DNA of 64,000 bases from an uncultured Bacteroidota bacterium (GTDB lineage Bacteria > Bacteroidota > Bacteroidia > JABEUT01), in contig CAVYDB010000020.1 of the NCBI GenBank assembly GCA_963767125.1, positions 80,548-144,547 of the forward strand, written 5' to 3'. The translations under genes and the position numbers were made by a program. Positions 38,380 to 46,001 of the stretch are shown here, in pieces. The notes beneath the pieces are model-generated. The model was not told where the DNA came from. It did not search any database and saw only the letters and a program-made list of their open reading frames with translations. Every line of letters begins with the position of its first letter. Position 1 is the first letter of the stretch.

Positions 38380-39435
38380 TTATTTAAAGTTAAAGAATCC
38401 ATGATTTAGTGATGTTCTGTCTTCTTCGGTTGCCATTCCGAAATAAATTGCCGATAAAAGAGTAAACACATAAGCTTGTATAAGTGAAACTAATAACATC
38501 AAGCAGCAAGCATACCTACTGAAAAAGCCACCGAAAATACAGAAGTTGCATATCCGGCAAAATGTCCCCATAAGCCTCCAAAGATGAATATAAGACTGAA
38601 AGAAGGAAAGAGCTACAATATGCCCTGCAAGCATATTGGCAAATATCCGAATCAGCAGGGTGAAGGGCTTTAAAATAATACCCAAGGTTTCAATAGGGCC
38701 AAGAATCAAATATTTTAACCCAGGCAGGAACACCGGGCATCCATAAGGTATGAGACCAGTAAGTATTTGCCCGAATAAACCATCATTGGTATAAAGGTAA
38801 AGAAAGCAAGGGTCAATGGTGATAGCAATGTTACCTGTAACGTTAGCCCCTCCGGGGAAGAATGGAATCAAGCCCTAACATATTCAGCAACAGGATAAAG
38901 AAGAACAGCGTAAGCAGGTAGGGCATGAACTTTTCATATTTATGTTTGCCAATACATGGGATGGCAAAATCATCGCGAATAAATACGATAATAGGTTCAA
39001 AAAAAGATTGTATTCCTTTGGGAGCACTTAACCCACCGTTGCTGATATGCTTTGGCAACACCCAACATCAATATTAATAAGCAATAACCCCGACAATACA
39101 ATGGTACAGGCGATTTTAGTAAGTGAAAAATCCCAGAGTTTAGCGGTTTCTTCCTTATTTATTGAACCATCGGCGTTAACAGCTACAATATGCTGACCGT
39201 TCATTTTGTAGCCATTATACATGGCTCCGTCATTCAGTTTATTGGAACAGAATACAGAAAGCCCGTGGTTTTGAGAATACAATATAATAGGAAGCGGGAT
39301 AGAAAGATCGCCTGCAATATGCCAGCTATGAGAATCGCTTACGTGCTCTAATATCATATCTCCTGCATTGAATGCCTTGCCTGTTTCTTCTGCAGCAAAA
39401 ACAACCGAAGGAATGGCAAAAAGCAACGCAACCAT
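38380..39435 (-). pseudogene. atpB: F-ATP synthase subunit a, frameshifted
   Basis: Pieces 39028..39435 (signal-like N-part with a periplasmic extension), 38843..39061 and 38380..38871 (…LLIRIFANMLAGHIV…LIQAYVFTLLSAIYFGMA). The exact 3' end is uncertain; an alternative frame ends …TEHH. Confidence 0.8.
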
Positions 39436-39550
39436 TAAAAATAGTTTCTTAATCTTGAAATATATTTAAAATCAGTCACTTATATGCTTATTTAGGGTGC
39501 TTTTTAACTCGCTTTTTTTCAAAATCGCTGCAAATATAGAATATTTCTGC

Positions 39551-39709
39551 ATCTTCATTTTAAGACTGTGAATAAGTTTTGATAAAAGAGGAGAACAGTT
39601 TCTCGCCAAGACGCAAAGGCGCGAAGGAAATACATTATTACTTTGCGGGCTTGGCGTCTTTGCGAGACCCGAATTTCCTAATCTTCAGCTTAAGAGTCTG
39701 AATAAGTTT
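39551..39709 (+). repeat. Structured intergenic element: direct repeats flanking an inverted repeat
   Basis: DR ATCTTCATTTTAAGACTGTGAATAAGTTT (39551-39579) and ATCTTCAGCTTAAGAGTCTGAATAAGTTT (39681-39709). Between them is IR TCTCGCCAAGACGC (39601-) / GCGTCTTTGCGAGA (-39667). Core TTTCCTTCGCGCC.TTTGC and AGCCCGCAAAGT recur inverted at 41865-41991. Confidence 0.65.
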
Positions 39710-39775
39710 AAAATGGGGAGTTGAGAATGAGAGCCGGTAGCAAAGTTTTTAATAACTTTGTTTTTTGTTTTGGAT

Positions 39776-39982
39776 ATGGATAACATACAAAATATTCTAC
39801 AGTTAAGTACGGCAGAGAGACTGCTGTTACTGGGAGAACTGTGGAACAGTATCCCCACAGATGAAATTAAAATAAGGGATTCTCATATAAAGGAACTTGA
39901 TAAAAGGCTATCTCGTATGGAACGCGGTGAGACCCGGTTTTTTACGTGGGATGAGGTGAAGAAGAACCTTCATTCAAAATGA
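39776..39982 (+). CDS. Putative addiction-module antitoxin component (TIGR02574-like)
   Basis: MDNIQNILQLSTAERLLLLGELWNSIP...HIKELDKRLSRMERGETRFFTWDEVKKNL. The LS..ERl.L...lW.Sl and W.evk pattern is typical of this small antitoxin family. Confidence 0.7.
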   Translation: MDNIQNILQLSTAERLLLLGELWNSIPTDEIKIRDSHIKELDKRLSRMERGETRFFTWDEVKKNLHSK

Positions 39983-40068
39983 AAATTAATCTCTCTGTTA
40001 GCAATGAGCAAAGTCATGCTGAACTTGGTTCAGCATCGCAAATTTCTATTATTGGATTTCCTCTATGA
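39979..40068 (+). pseudogene. Truncated remnant of the cognate ParE/RelE-like toxin
   Basis: ATGA overlap with the antitoxin stop. The frame opens MKINLSVSNEQ (compare MKI.fS..A..dL of ParE-type toxins) but runs only 29 codons, into a palindromic repeat and the 3' end of the convergent helicase gene. Confidence 0.4.
40016..40036. terminator. Palindrome ATGCTGAAC-TTG-GTTCAGCAT between convergent genes
   Basis: Perfect 9-bp stem 13 nt beyond the helicase stop (40049). It belongs to the GTCATGCTGAAC...-type short palindromic repeat class seen elsewhere in the window. Confidence 0.4.
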
Positions 40069-41605
40069 ATTTTGATGTTTTGCCATTATATTTCTTTTTC
40101 CAATGTATATATTTGAACTGTCCCATGTCAGCTTTGTTACTTTTTAAATCAGAACCACTCCACTCTACAGTAGAGACTAAATATAATTCTTTCATGGCTC
40201 TTGTCATACCTACAAATAAGAGCCTCCTTTGTGCTTCGATGGTGTCTATTCCAAATGTCTCATTGGGTAATATCCCTTGAACAAGACCATTAATGATAAC
40301 ATATTCAGCCTGTAGCCCCTTAGATTTGTGAATTGACATGAGATTTATCTTACCCTTTTCAAATTCGTTATTGACTCTTATCTCATTTGTTAAGTTTATA
40401 ACACTTCTTTCAACGTCAGATTCATCAATATACTCCACTATATAACTAAATTCACTATATTTCTGCATAAACTCTTTAATTGAAATTGGAGAAACAACTA
40501 AGGTTGTAAATTCTTTCGGAAGAATATCAAACTTAAATATTTCCCGAATAATAACTGATTCTTTAAACCCTATATGAAAAGATTCGCTTAATAAATTAAT
40601 AAGTCTCTTATTATTATGTTTACCGTAGTATTTAAGAAGAAATAATAAGAATGGTAGCTTTATCTTGCCATAAATAACATTTAGCCACCATATCTTACAT
40701 AGAGTATCCATATCCCATTTTTTACTCCAACAGTCGACATAATCTTGACCCTTCTCATCCATTAGTTTTTTGAGATCATTCACTACAAAACCAATACTAC
40801 TTAGTATGAGGATACTACCCTGTTTATCAAGCTCTCTAATGGACTTAATAATAGATAATATATAATTATCACAGTCTATTTGTGTCGATAATTGTTCAAT
40901 AGATAATGAGCCATCCTTATTTGATTTTTTCCATTCTTTCGGTATTCTCTTTTTATTTTTTTGTAAAAGTTTACTGCAATAATCAACTATTTCATCAGGG
41001 CATCGATAACAAATATTATCGTGTTCAATTTTTTCTATTTTTTCATTCTGATAAAGTGAGATTATTCCATCAGGTGCGGCATCTTTAAATCCATAGATGG
41101 ATTGATCATCATCTCCTAAAATAATCGTTTCAGAGGCGATTTCAGATATAAGCATTATTAGTTTTTGCTCGTCAGAATTGAAATCTTGAAATTCATCGAC
41201 CAAAAACAAGTCCAACTCACCTATCTTATCTTTAGCGTAGGCTTTGTTCGCTTTAATAAAAGACACACAACTTGCAATCATTGCTTCATACGTAATACAT
41301 TGTAAATATTCACATATTGTTGCAAAATCAATGTCCAATTTTTTTGCAAAATATTCTAAAGTTTCTTTTTCAGGTTTATTATCAAGTACATGTAAATTAG
41401 GCAAATGATTCATCATAAACGCGAAGCTATGTAACGTTGAGCAGGAAACTCTTTTATCATCTGCAAAATCCTTTAACAAGTCCTTTATTGTTGCATTAGT
41501 AAATGAAAGCACTTGAATTTTTTTTGCTTCAGAATAATCTGAGGCAATTATCCTTTTTATCTTCGTTGTTTTGCCAGTTCCTGGTCCTGCAAGTAAAATT
41601 TTCAT
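40049..41605 (-). CDS. Compact stand-alone SF1 UvrD/Rep-like helicase
   Basis: 518 aa, starting directly at Walker A (MKILLAGPGTGKTTK). Motifs: Ia LSFTNATIKDL, II LFLVDEFQDFN, III IILGDDDQSIYGFKDA, IV ICYRCPDEIV, V LMSIHKSKGLQAEYVIINGL, VI EAQRRLLFVGMTRAMKELYL. No extra nuclease or other domain is evident. A hand count of a 100-nt sample gives about 27 percent GC, versus about 47 percent in lpdA. Confidence 0.85.
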   Translation of the reverse strand: MKILLAGPGTGKTTKIKRIIASDYSEAKKIQVLSFTNATIKDLLKDFADDKRVSCSTLHSFAFMMNHLPNLHVLDNKPEKETLEYFAKKLDIDFATICEYLQCITYEAMIASCVSFIKANKAYAKDKIGELDLFLVDEFQDFNSDEQKLIMLISEIASETIILGDDDQSIYGFKDAAPDGIISLYQNEKIEKIEHDNICYRCPDEIVDYCSKLLQKNKKRIPKEWKKSNKDGSLSIEQLSTQIDCDNYILSIIKSIRELDKQGSILILSSIGFVVNDLKKLMDEKGQDYVDCWSKKWDMDTLCKIWWLNVIYGKIKLPFLLFLLKYYGKHNNKRLINLLSESFHIGFKESVIIREIFKFDILPKEFTTLVVSPISIKEFMQKYSEFSYIVEYIDESDVERSVINLTNEIRVNNEFEKGKINLMSIHKSKGLQAEYVIINGLVQGILPNETFGIDTIEAQRRLLFVGMTRAMKELYLVSTVEWSGSDLKSNKADMGQFKYIHWKKKYNGKTSKFIEEIQ

Positions 41606-41676
41606 TTGATAAAAATAGGTAAAATATACAATCCAAATTAAGGGATGGAATAGTTTTTATTCCTATCATATGCATT

Positions 41677-41856
41677 ATGACCTTTAAAGAGAAATACAAG
41701 AAATTCCAAAACCTGAACTATGTTGTCAATATGATAACTAAATCAGTGTATGATACCATGCACCTTGAGGGACAGGGTTTACCAGAAGCTGAGATAAAGG
41801 AGCTTGTTAAGAAAGTGATGGCAGAGCCAGAGCCTACTTTACGAGTTCCTTTGTAA
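41677..41856 (+). CDS. VbhA-like small antitoxin ORF (59 aa, below the track cutoff)
   Basis: MTFKEKYKKFQNLNYVVNMITKSVYDTMHLEGQGLPEAEIKELVKKVMAEPEPTLRVPL. TMHLEG fits the [S/T]xxxE[G/N] Fic-inhibitory helix motif, and the context resembles VbhA (ALASQRLEGLEPDPQVV). Divergent from the helicase start (71-nt spacer). Confidence 0.45.
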   Translation: MTFKEKYKKFQNLNYVVNMITKSVYDTMHLEGQGLPEAEIKELVKKVMAEPEPTLRVPL

Positions 41857-41864
41857 GTATATTT

Positions 41865-41991
41865 TCTTTGCGTGCTTTCCTTCGCGCCCTTTGCCTGAAC
41901 CTGTGTTTAAATCCCAAAGTCTTCACGCCCGTCCGAAAGGTCATCCGGGCAGGCAAAGAACGCTAAGAAACAGCCCGCAAAGTTCGCCAAG
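41865..41991 (-). repeat. Inverted copies of the left-flank repeat families
   Basis: TTCTTTGCGTGCTTTCCTTCGCGCCCTTTGCC (41865-41896) and CACGCCCGTCCGAAAGGTCATCCGGGCAGG...CAGCCCGCAAAGTTCGCCAAG (41925-41991) match the reverse complements of 39601-39667 and 33903-33966. Confidence 0.55.
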
Positions 41992-42160
41992 TAAAAGCCA
42001 TACTGATTTAGAAAGTTACTTGAATACCAAAACCTTATCTTCTTCCCCAAAACCCAATGACTAAAAACCGAAGTAAACTGCTAACATAATGTAGCTCAAT
42101 ATAGTATACTTTCTATTCGTACCTTATAATCTGTGAATCTGTGGCTTACCTCCCAAAAAA

Positions 42161-42330
42161 GTGCCACACATATACCAGGCAAGTGCATAGCAACTTATAT
42201 GTCACTCCTGAAAAAAGTAGATAAAATGGCTGTAATAAATTGAATGTCTGCTTATAAGGTGGCTTAAATTGCATTTTAAAATACCGCTGAAAAGGTGATA
42301 TAAGAGGTTTTCAAATTTTTGGGAAATTTG
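42161..42330 (+). ncRNA. Unclassified ~165-nt noncoding element, copy 1 (sRNA or MITE-like)
   Basis: Homologous to 61257..61415 in the same orientation. Shared blocks are GCCAC.CAT, TTATATGTCACTCC (14/14), GAAAAGTA.ATAA.ATG.CTGTAA.AAAT, and ATAAGAG.TTTTCA.AATTT..GGGAAA. Indels break every reading frame. Confidence 0.4.
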
Positions 42331-42404
42331 TAAGACAGGTTTTAGCTTATACGGCGACTTCAGGATAAAATTTTACTAATTTCGCAACTCTATAAATTTT
42401 AAAT

Positions 42405-43790
42405 ATGACTTACGATTTAATAGTAATAGGCAGTGGTCCGGGAGGATATGTGGCTGCCATCAGGGCATCACAACTGGGCATGAAAGTGGGTATTGTAGAG
42501 CGTACCGAATTAGGCGGTATATGCCTTAACTGGGGCTGTATCCCTACCAAAGCCCTGCTAAAAAGTGCACAGGTATTTGAATACCTTAAACATTCCCAAG
42601 ACTACGGGTTCAAGGTGAGTGGCGCTGAAGCCGATTTCCCGGCAGTGGTAAAACGCAGTCGTAATGTGGCAGACGGGATGAGCAAAGGGGTTCAGTTCCT
42701 GATGAAAAAAAATAAGATAGATGTTATAAAAGGTTCGGGTAAGCTAAAAGCAGACAAAAAAGTGGAGGTTACCGAAGGCGGGAAAGCCACTATGTATGAG
42801 GCTAAGAACATTATAGTAGCGGTAGGGGCAAGGTCAAGAGAGTTGCCTAACCTGAAAATTGACGGCAAGAAAATAATAGGATACCGGGAGGCTATGGTAT
42901 TGCCTGTTATTCCAAAGTCTATGGTGATAGTAGGTTCAGGAGCTATAGGCTCAGAGTTTGCTTACTTTTATGCTACTATGGGAACCAAGGTTACTTTGGT
43001 GGAGATGTTACCCAATATTGTTCCGGTGGAAGATGAGGAAGTATCTAAAACCTTGCTAAGGTCATTTGCTAAATTAGGGATTGATATACGTACCGAAGCA
43101 TCTGTTCAAAGTGTTGATATTAGCGGCACTGGCTGCAAGGTGAAAATAAAAGACGCTAAAGCCGAGACTACGATTGAGTGTGATATTGTTTTATCAGCAG
43201 TAGGTATTGCTTCAAACCTTGAAAATATTGGTTTGGAAGATATAGGTGTGATTACCGACCGGGGAAAAATTGTGGTGAATCCTTTTTACCAGACCAATAT
43301 ACCCGGCATTCATGCCATTGGCGATTGCGTAGGCGGACAAGCCCTGGCACACGTAGCCAGCGCAGAAGGAATTGTTTGCGTGGAGAAAATGGCAGGTCAA
43401 AACCCGGAGCCGATTAATTACAATAATATCCCGGGATGTACCTATTGCCAGCCTGAAATAGCATCGGTGGGATATACCGAAAAAGCAGCTAAAGCGGCGG
43501 GATATGAACTTAAGATTGGAAAATTTCCTTTCTCCGCATCTGGCAAAGCAAGCGCTGCCGGCGCTAAAGACGGATTTGTAAAATTGATTTTTGATGCCAA
43601 ATATGGCGAGTTCCTCGGAGCGCACATGATTGGCTACAACGTCACTGAACTCATTGCCGAATGTGTGGTAGCACGCAAGCTGGAAACTACGGGGCATGAA
43701 TTGATTAAATCTGTTCATCCTCACCCTACCATGAGTGAAGCCATTATGGAAGCTGCTGCGGCCGCTTACGGGGAAGTAATACATTTATAA
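42405..43790 (+). CDS. lpdA: Dihydrolipoyl dehydrogenase
   Basis: 461 aa. FAD motif VIGSGPGGYVAA, redox-active GGICLNWGCIPTK, NAD motif VGSGAIGSEFA, and C-terminal HPHPTMSE. Confidence 0.95.
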   Translation: MTYDLIVIGSGPGGYVAAIRASQLGMKVGIVERTELGGICLNWGCIPTKALLKSAQVFEYLKHSQDYGFKVSGAEADFPAVVKRSRNVADGMSKGVQFLMKKNKIDVIKGSGKLKADKKVEVTEGGKATMYEAKNIIVAVGARSRELPNLKIDGKKIIGYREAMVLPVIPKSMVIVGSGAIGSEFAYFYATMGTKVTLVEMLPNIVPVEDEEVSKTLLRSFAKLGIDIRTEASVQSVDISGTGCKVKIKDAKAETTIECDIVLSAVGIASNLENIGLEDIGVITDRGKIVVNPFYQTNIPGIHAIGDCVGGQALAHVASAEGIVCVEKMAGQNPEPINYNNIPGCTYCQPEIASVGYTEKAAKAAGYELKIGKFPFSASGKASAAGAKDGFVKLIFDAKYGEFLGAHMIGYNVTELIAECVVARKLETTGHELIKSVHPHPTMSEAIMEAAAAAYGEVIHL

Positions 43791-43810
43791 CAGAAAAGTA
43801 AATTTTCCCA

Positions 43811-44578
43811 ATGAATCCAGGTAAAAAGGTATTTCTATCTGCTATAATTTTATTATCAGCGATAAGTGGTTTCGCGCAAAGCGATGCGGAGCTTTTTAAG
43901 ACAGCTACAAATCTCAGGATGAAAGGCAAATTCCATGAAGCGCTTACTATTTTTAAATCACTTTTAAGTAAAGACTCTAATAATACTGCCTATTTAGACT
44001 ATGTGTCTGTACTTACCTGCAAAACCCTGCATGATGATGCTCCGCCCGATAACCCTCCGGTAGATAAGTACAGGCACTGTGAATATTTGGCAAAAAAATC
44101 GCTTAAGTTGGATAGCACTAATGCTGAATCACATTATGCTTATGCTTTTTCCATTGCAGTAATAAGCGAATATGCAAGCCATAAGCAACAAATTTCCATT
44201 GCCGGGATAATGAAAAAGGAATTAGATAAAACCCTCAAGTTAAATCCTCACCATGCAGGAGCTTATCATTTGCTGGGTCGCTGGCTTGATAAGCTGGCAG
44301 GCTTTAATTCCGTGGAAAAACTGGCCGTAAAAGTGCTTTATGGTACTTCCCTGCCCGAAGGCACGTATGCCCAGGCGGCGGCAGCTTATGAGAAAGCAAT
44401 TTTATATGAGCCTGATTATATTTTGCACCAATATGAGCTTGCCACCATCTATATTAAAATGGATAAAAAAGCCGATGCAAAAGTTTGGCTGCAAAATGCC
44501 CTCAACTCACCTTATGCCGGTGATGATGCAGAGCAAGTGAAGGCTAAATGCCGCAAGGTGCTGAGTGACTTAAAATAA
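43811..44578 (+). CDS. Secreted TPR-like helical-repeat protein
   Basis: 255 aa. Signal peptide and helical repeats (KGKFHEALTIFKSLLSKDSNN..., AHHLLGRW..., YAQAAAAYEKAILYEPDY...). Confidence 0.6.
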   Translation: MNPGKKVFLSAIILLSAISGFAQSDAELFKTATNLRMKGKFHEALTIFKSLLSKDSNNTAYLDYVSVLTCKTLHDDAPPDNPPVDKYRHCEYLAKKSLKLDSTNAESHYAYAFSIAVISEYASHKQQISIAGIMKKELDKTLKLNPHHAGAYHLLGRWLDKLAGFNSVEKLAVKVLYGTSLPEGTYAQAAAAYEKAILYEPDYILHQYELATIYIKMDKKADAKVWLQNALNSPYAGDDAEQVKAKCRKVLSDLK

Positions 44579-44648
44579 GGGGAGTCCGATTATGTGATAG
44601 ATCTCTCCTACCTATTCTTCAAAATAACTCCATTGCTCTATTCTATCC

Positions 44649-45635
44649 CTATCGCTCATTCAAGATTTTAAATAGCTCGCTAAGTTTTGGAGTGAGAATA
44701 ATATCTGTTCGCCTGTTTTTCTGTCTTGCTTCTCTTGTTTTAGCGGGGTCAACAGGTTCATATTCGCTTACACCGGAAGCCATTAGCCGGGTGGGGTCAA
44801 TTTTAGCATCATTCAATAGAATTTTCACGATGGATGTAGCCCTCATAACACTCAAATCCCAATTATCTTTAATTTCTCCGGAGCCATGCATAGGCACATC
44901 ATCGGTATGGCCTTCAACCATCACGTTTATATCCTGGTCAGATTCCAGCGCCTGGGCAAGTTTGTTCAATGCTTCAATACCCTCCGGCTGAACCTTGGTA
45001 CTTCCGCTTGGGAACAACAAAGCCTCTTCCATCGATACATAAACTTTCCCGTTTTTCTCATAAACTGAAATGCCTTTACCTGCAAACCCAAGTAAGGCAT
45101 CGCTGATTCTTTTTTTCAGGGAATCGATGGCAGCATCTTTGCTTTTTAAAATGCCCTCCAATTCGTTCACTCTTTTTTCGCGCTGTTGTAATCTTGCTGT
45201 AAGTGAATCGAGATGTTTTTTCTCCGCATTCAACTGGTCTTCTTTTTCCAATAGCTCAGATTGGGTCATCTGTAACTGACCTGAAAGTTGTTTATTGTTT
45301 GCATCATTCCCGTTTTTCAGTTGATTGTAGTTACCCTGCAATTCCCGGTTGTTGGAAGTAAGTTGCCCATATTGGTCTGCCAGCTTTCGATAATTATAAC
45401 CGGACTCCGAAGTATCCTGAGCCAGGTCAGAAACTTCTTTCTGCAATAACCCCAGTTTAGCCTCCAGCTCAGTCTTTCTCATTTCGCAGGAATCATCTGC
45501 AGCCTTGGTAGCGGCAAGCTGTGCTTCGCAAGCCTTTCTTTTATTTTGTTCTTCGGTAAGTTTACTGGCAGGTACGCAGGAATAAAATCCAATTACTACA
45601 CCTGTAAAGCCTATGGAAATAAGAGATAGTTTCAT
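44649..45635 (-). CDS. OmpA-family lipoprotein with a long coiled coil
   Basis: 328 aa. Lipobox GFYSC, a coiled-coil N-half, and a C-terminal OmpA domain (VEGHTDDVP...NWDLSVMRATSIVKIL...NRRTDIILTPK). Confidence 0.85.
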   Translation of the reverse strand: MKLSLISIGFTGVVIGFYSCVPASKLTEEQNKRKACEAQLAATKAADDSCEMRKTELEAKLGLLQKEVSDLAQDTSESGYNYRKLADQYGQLTSNNRELQGNYNQLKNGNDANNKQLSGQLQMTQSELLEKEDQLNAEKKHLDSLTARLQQREKRVNELEGILKSKDAAIDSLKKRISDALLGFAGKGISVYEKNGKVYVSMEEALLFPSGSTKVQPEGIEALNKLAQALESDQDINVMVEGHTDDVPMHGSGEIKDNWDLSVMRATSIVKILLNDAKIDPTRLMASGVSEYEPVDPAKTREARQKNRRTDIILTPKLSELFKILNER

Positions 45636-45663
45636 AAAAAATATAGTTAAGAGAATCTAATAT

Positions 45664-45873
45664 CTATTTCTGCCCTTTAGTAGTATCCGTTTTAGCAGCA
45701 TCCACGGAATCCTGCCTGTGCATCATTTTTGCAGCATTTAATAGGGAATCCCTTTGTGAAGCGGCAGCCATAGAGTCTGCTTTCTGCTTTGTTGCTTCTT
45801 TATCAGAAGAGCCTGAATTGCATCCGGCTATAAAAAGGCAGGGAATGGCGAGTAAAATAAGTATTGATTTCAT
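45664..45873 (-). CDS. Small lipoprotein (hypothetical)
   Basis: 69 aa. Lipobox FIAGCNS. Hydrophilic. Confidence 0.5.
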   Translation of the reverse strand: MKSILILLAIPCLFIAGCNSGSSDKEATKQKADSMAAASQRDSLLNAAKMMHRQDSVDAAKTDTTKGQK

Positions 45874-46001
45874 GCGAGTTTTGTTTATTCTGCAAAATTA
45901 CCAACAACAAATCTGGTATAATTGGGTTACAGAAAAACTTATTAACATGAGAGCGGTAAACAATAAACTTCTCAACAGGAATATTTCTCTATGTTCATAG
46001 C

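Noticed and set aside
28290-39435. Programmed frameshifting or an alternative genetic code to explain the broken genes
   Set aside because: Shift sites share no slippery motif and occur in both directions several times per gene. Intact genes in the window terminate with TAA, TAG and TGA and translate normally with the standard code.
40049-41605. Calling the helicase a Gabija (GajB) system
   Set aside because: No GajA-like OLD/TOPRIM ATPase gene is adjacent on either side. Size and motif similarity alone are not enough, so it is reported only as a stand-alone UvrD-like helicase.
43212-43784. 190-aa minus-strand ORF inside lpdA
   Set aside because: lpdA on the + strand is unambiguous (FAD, disulfide, NAD and interface motifs). 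The antisense ORF has no recognisable features.
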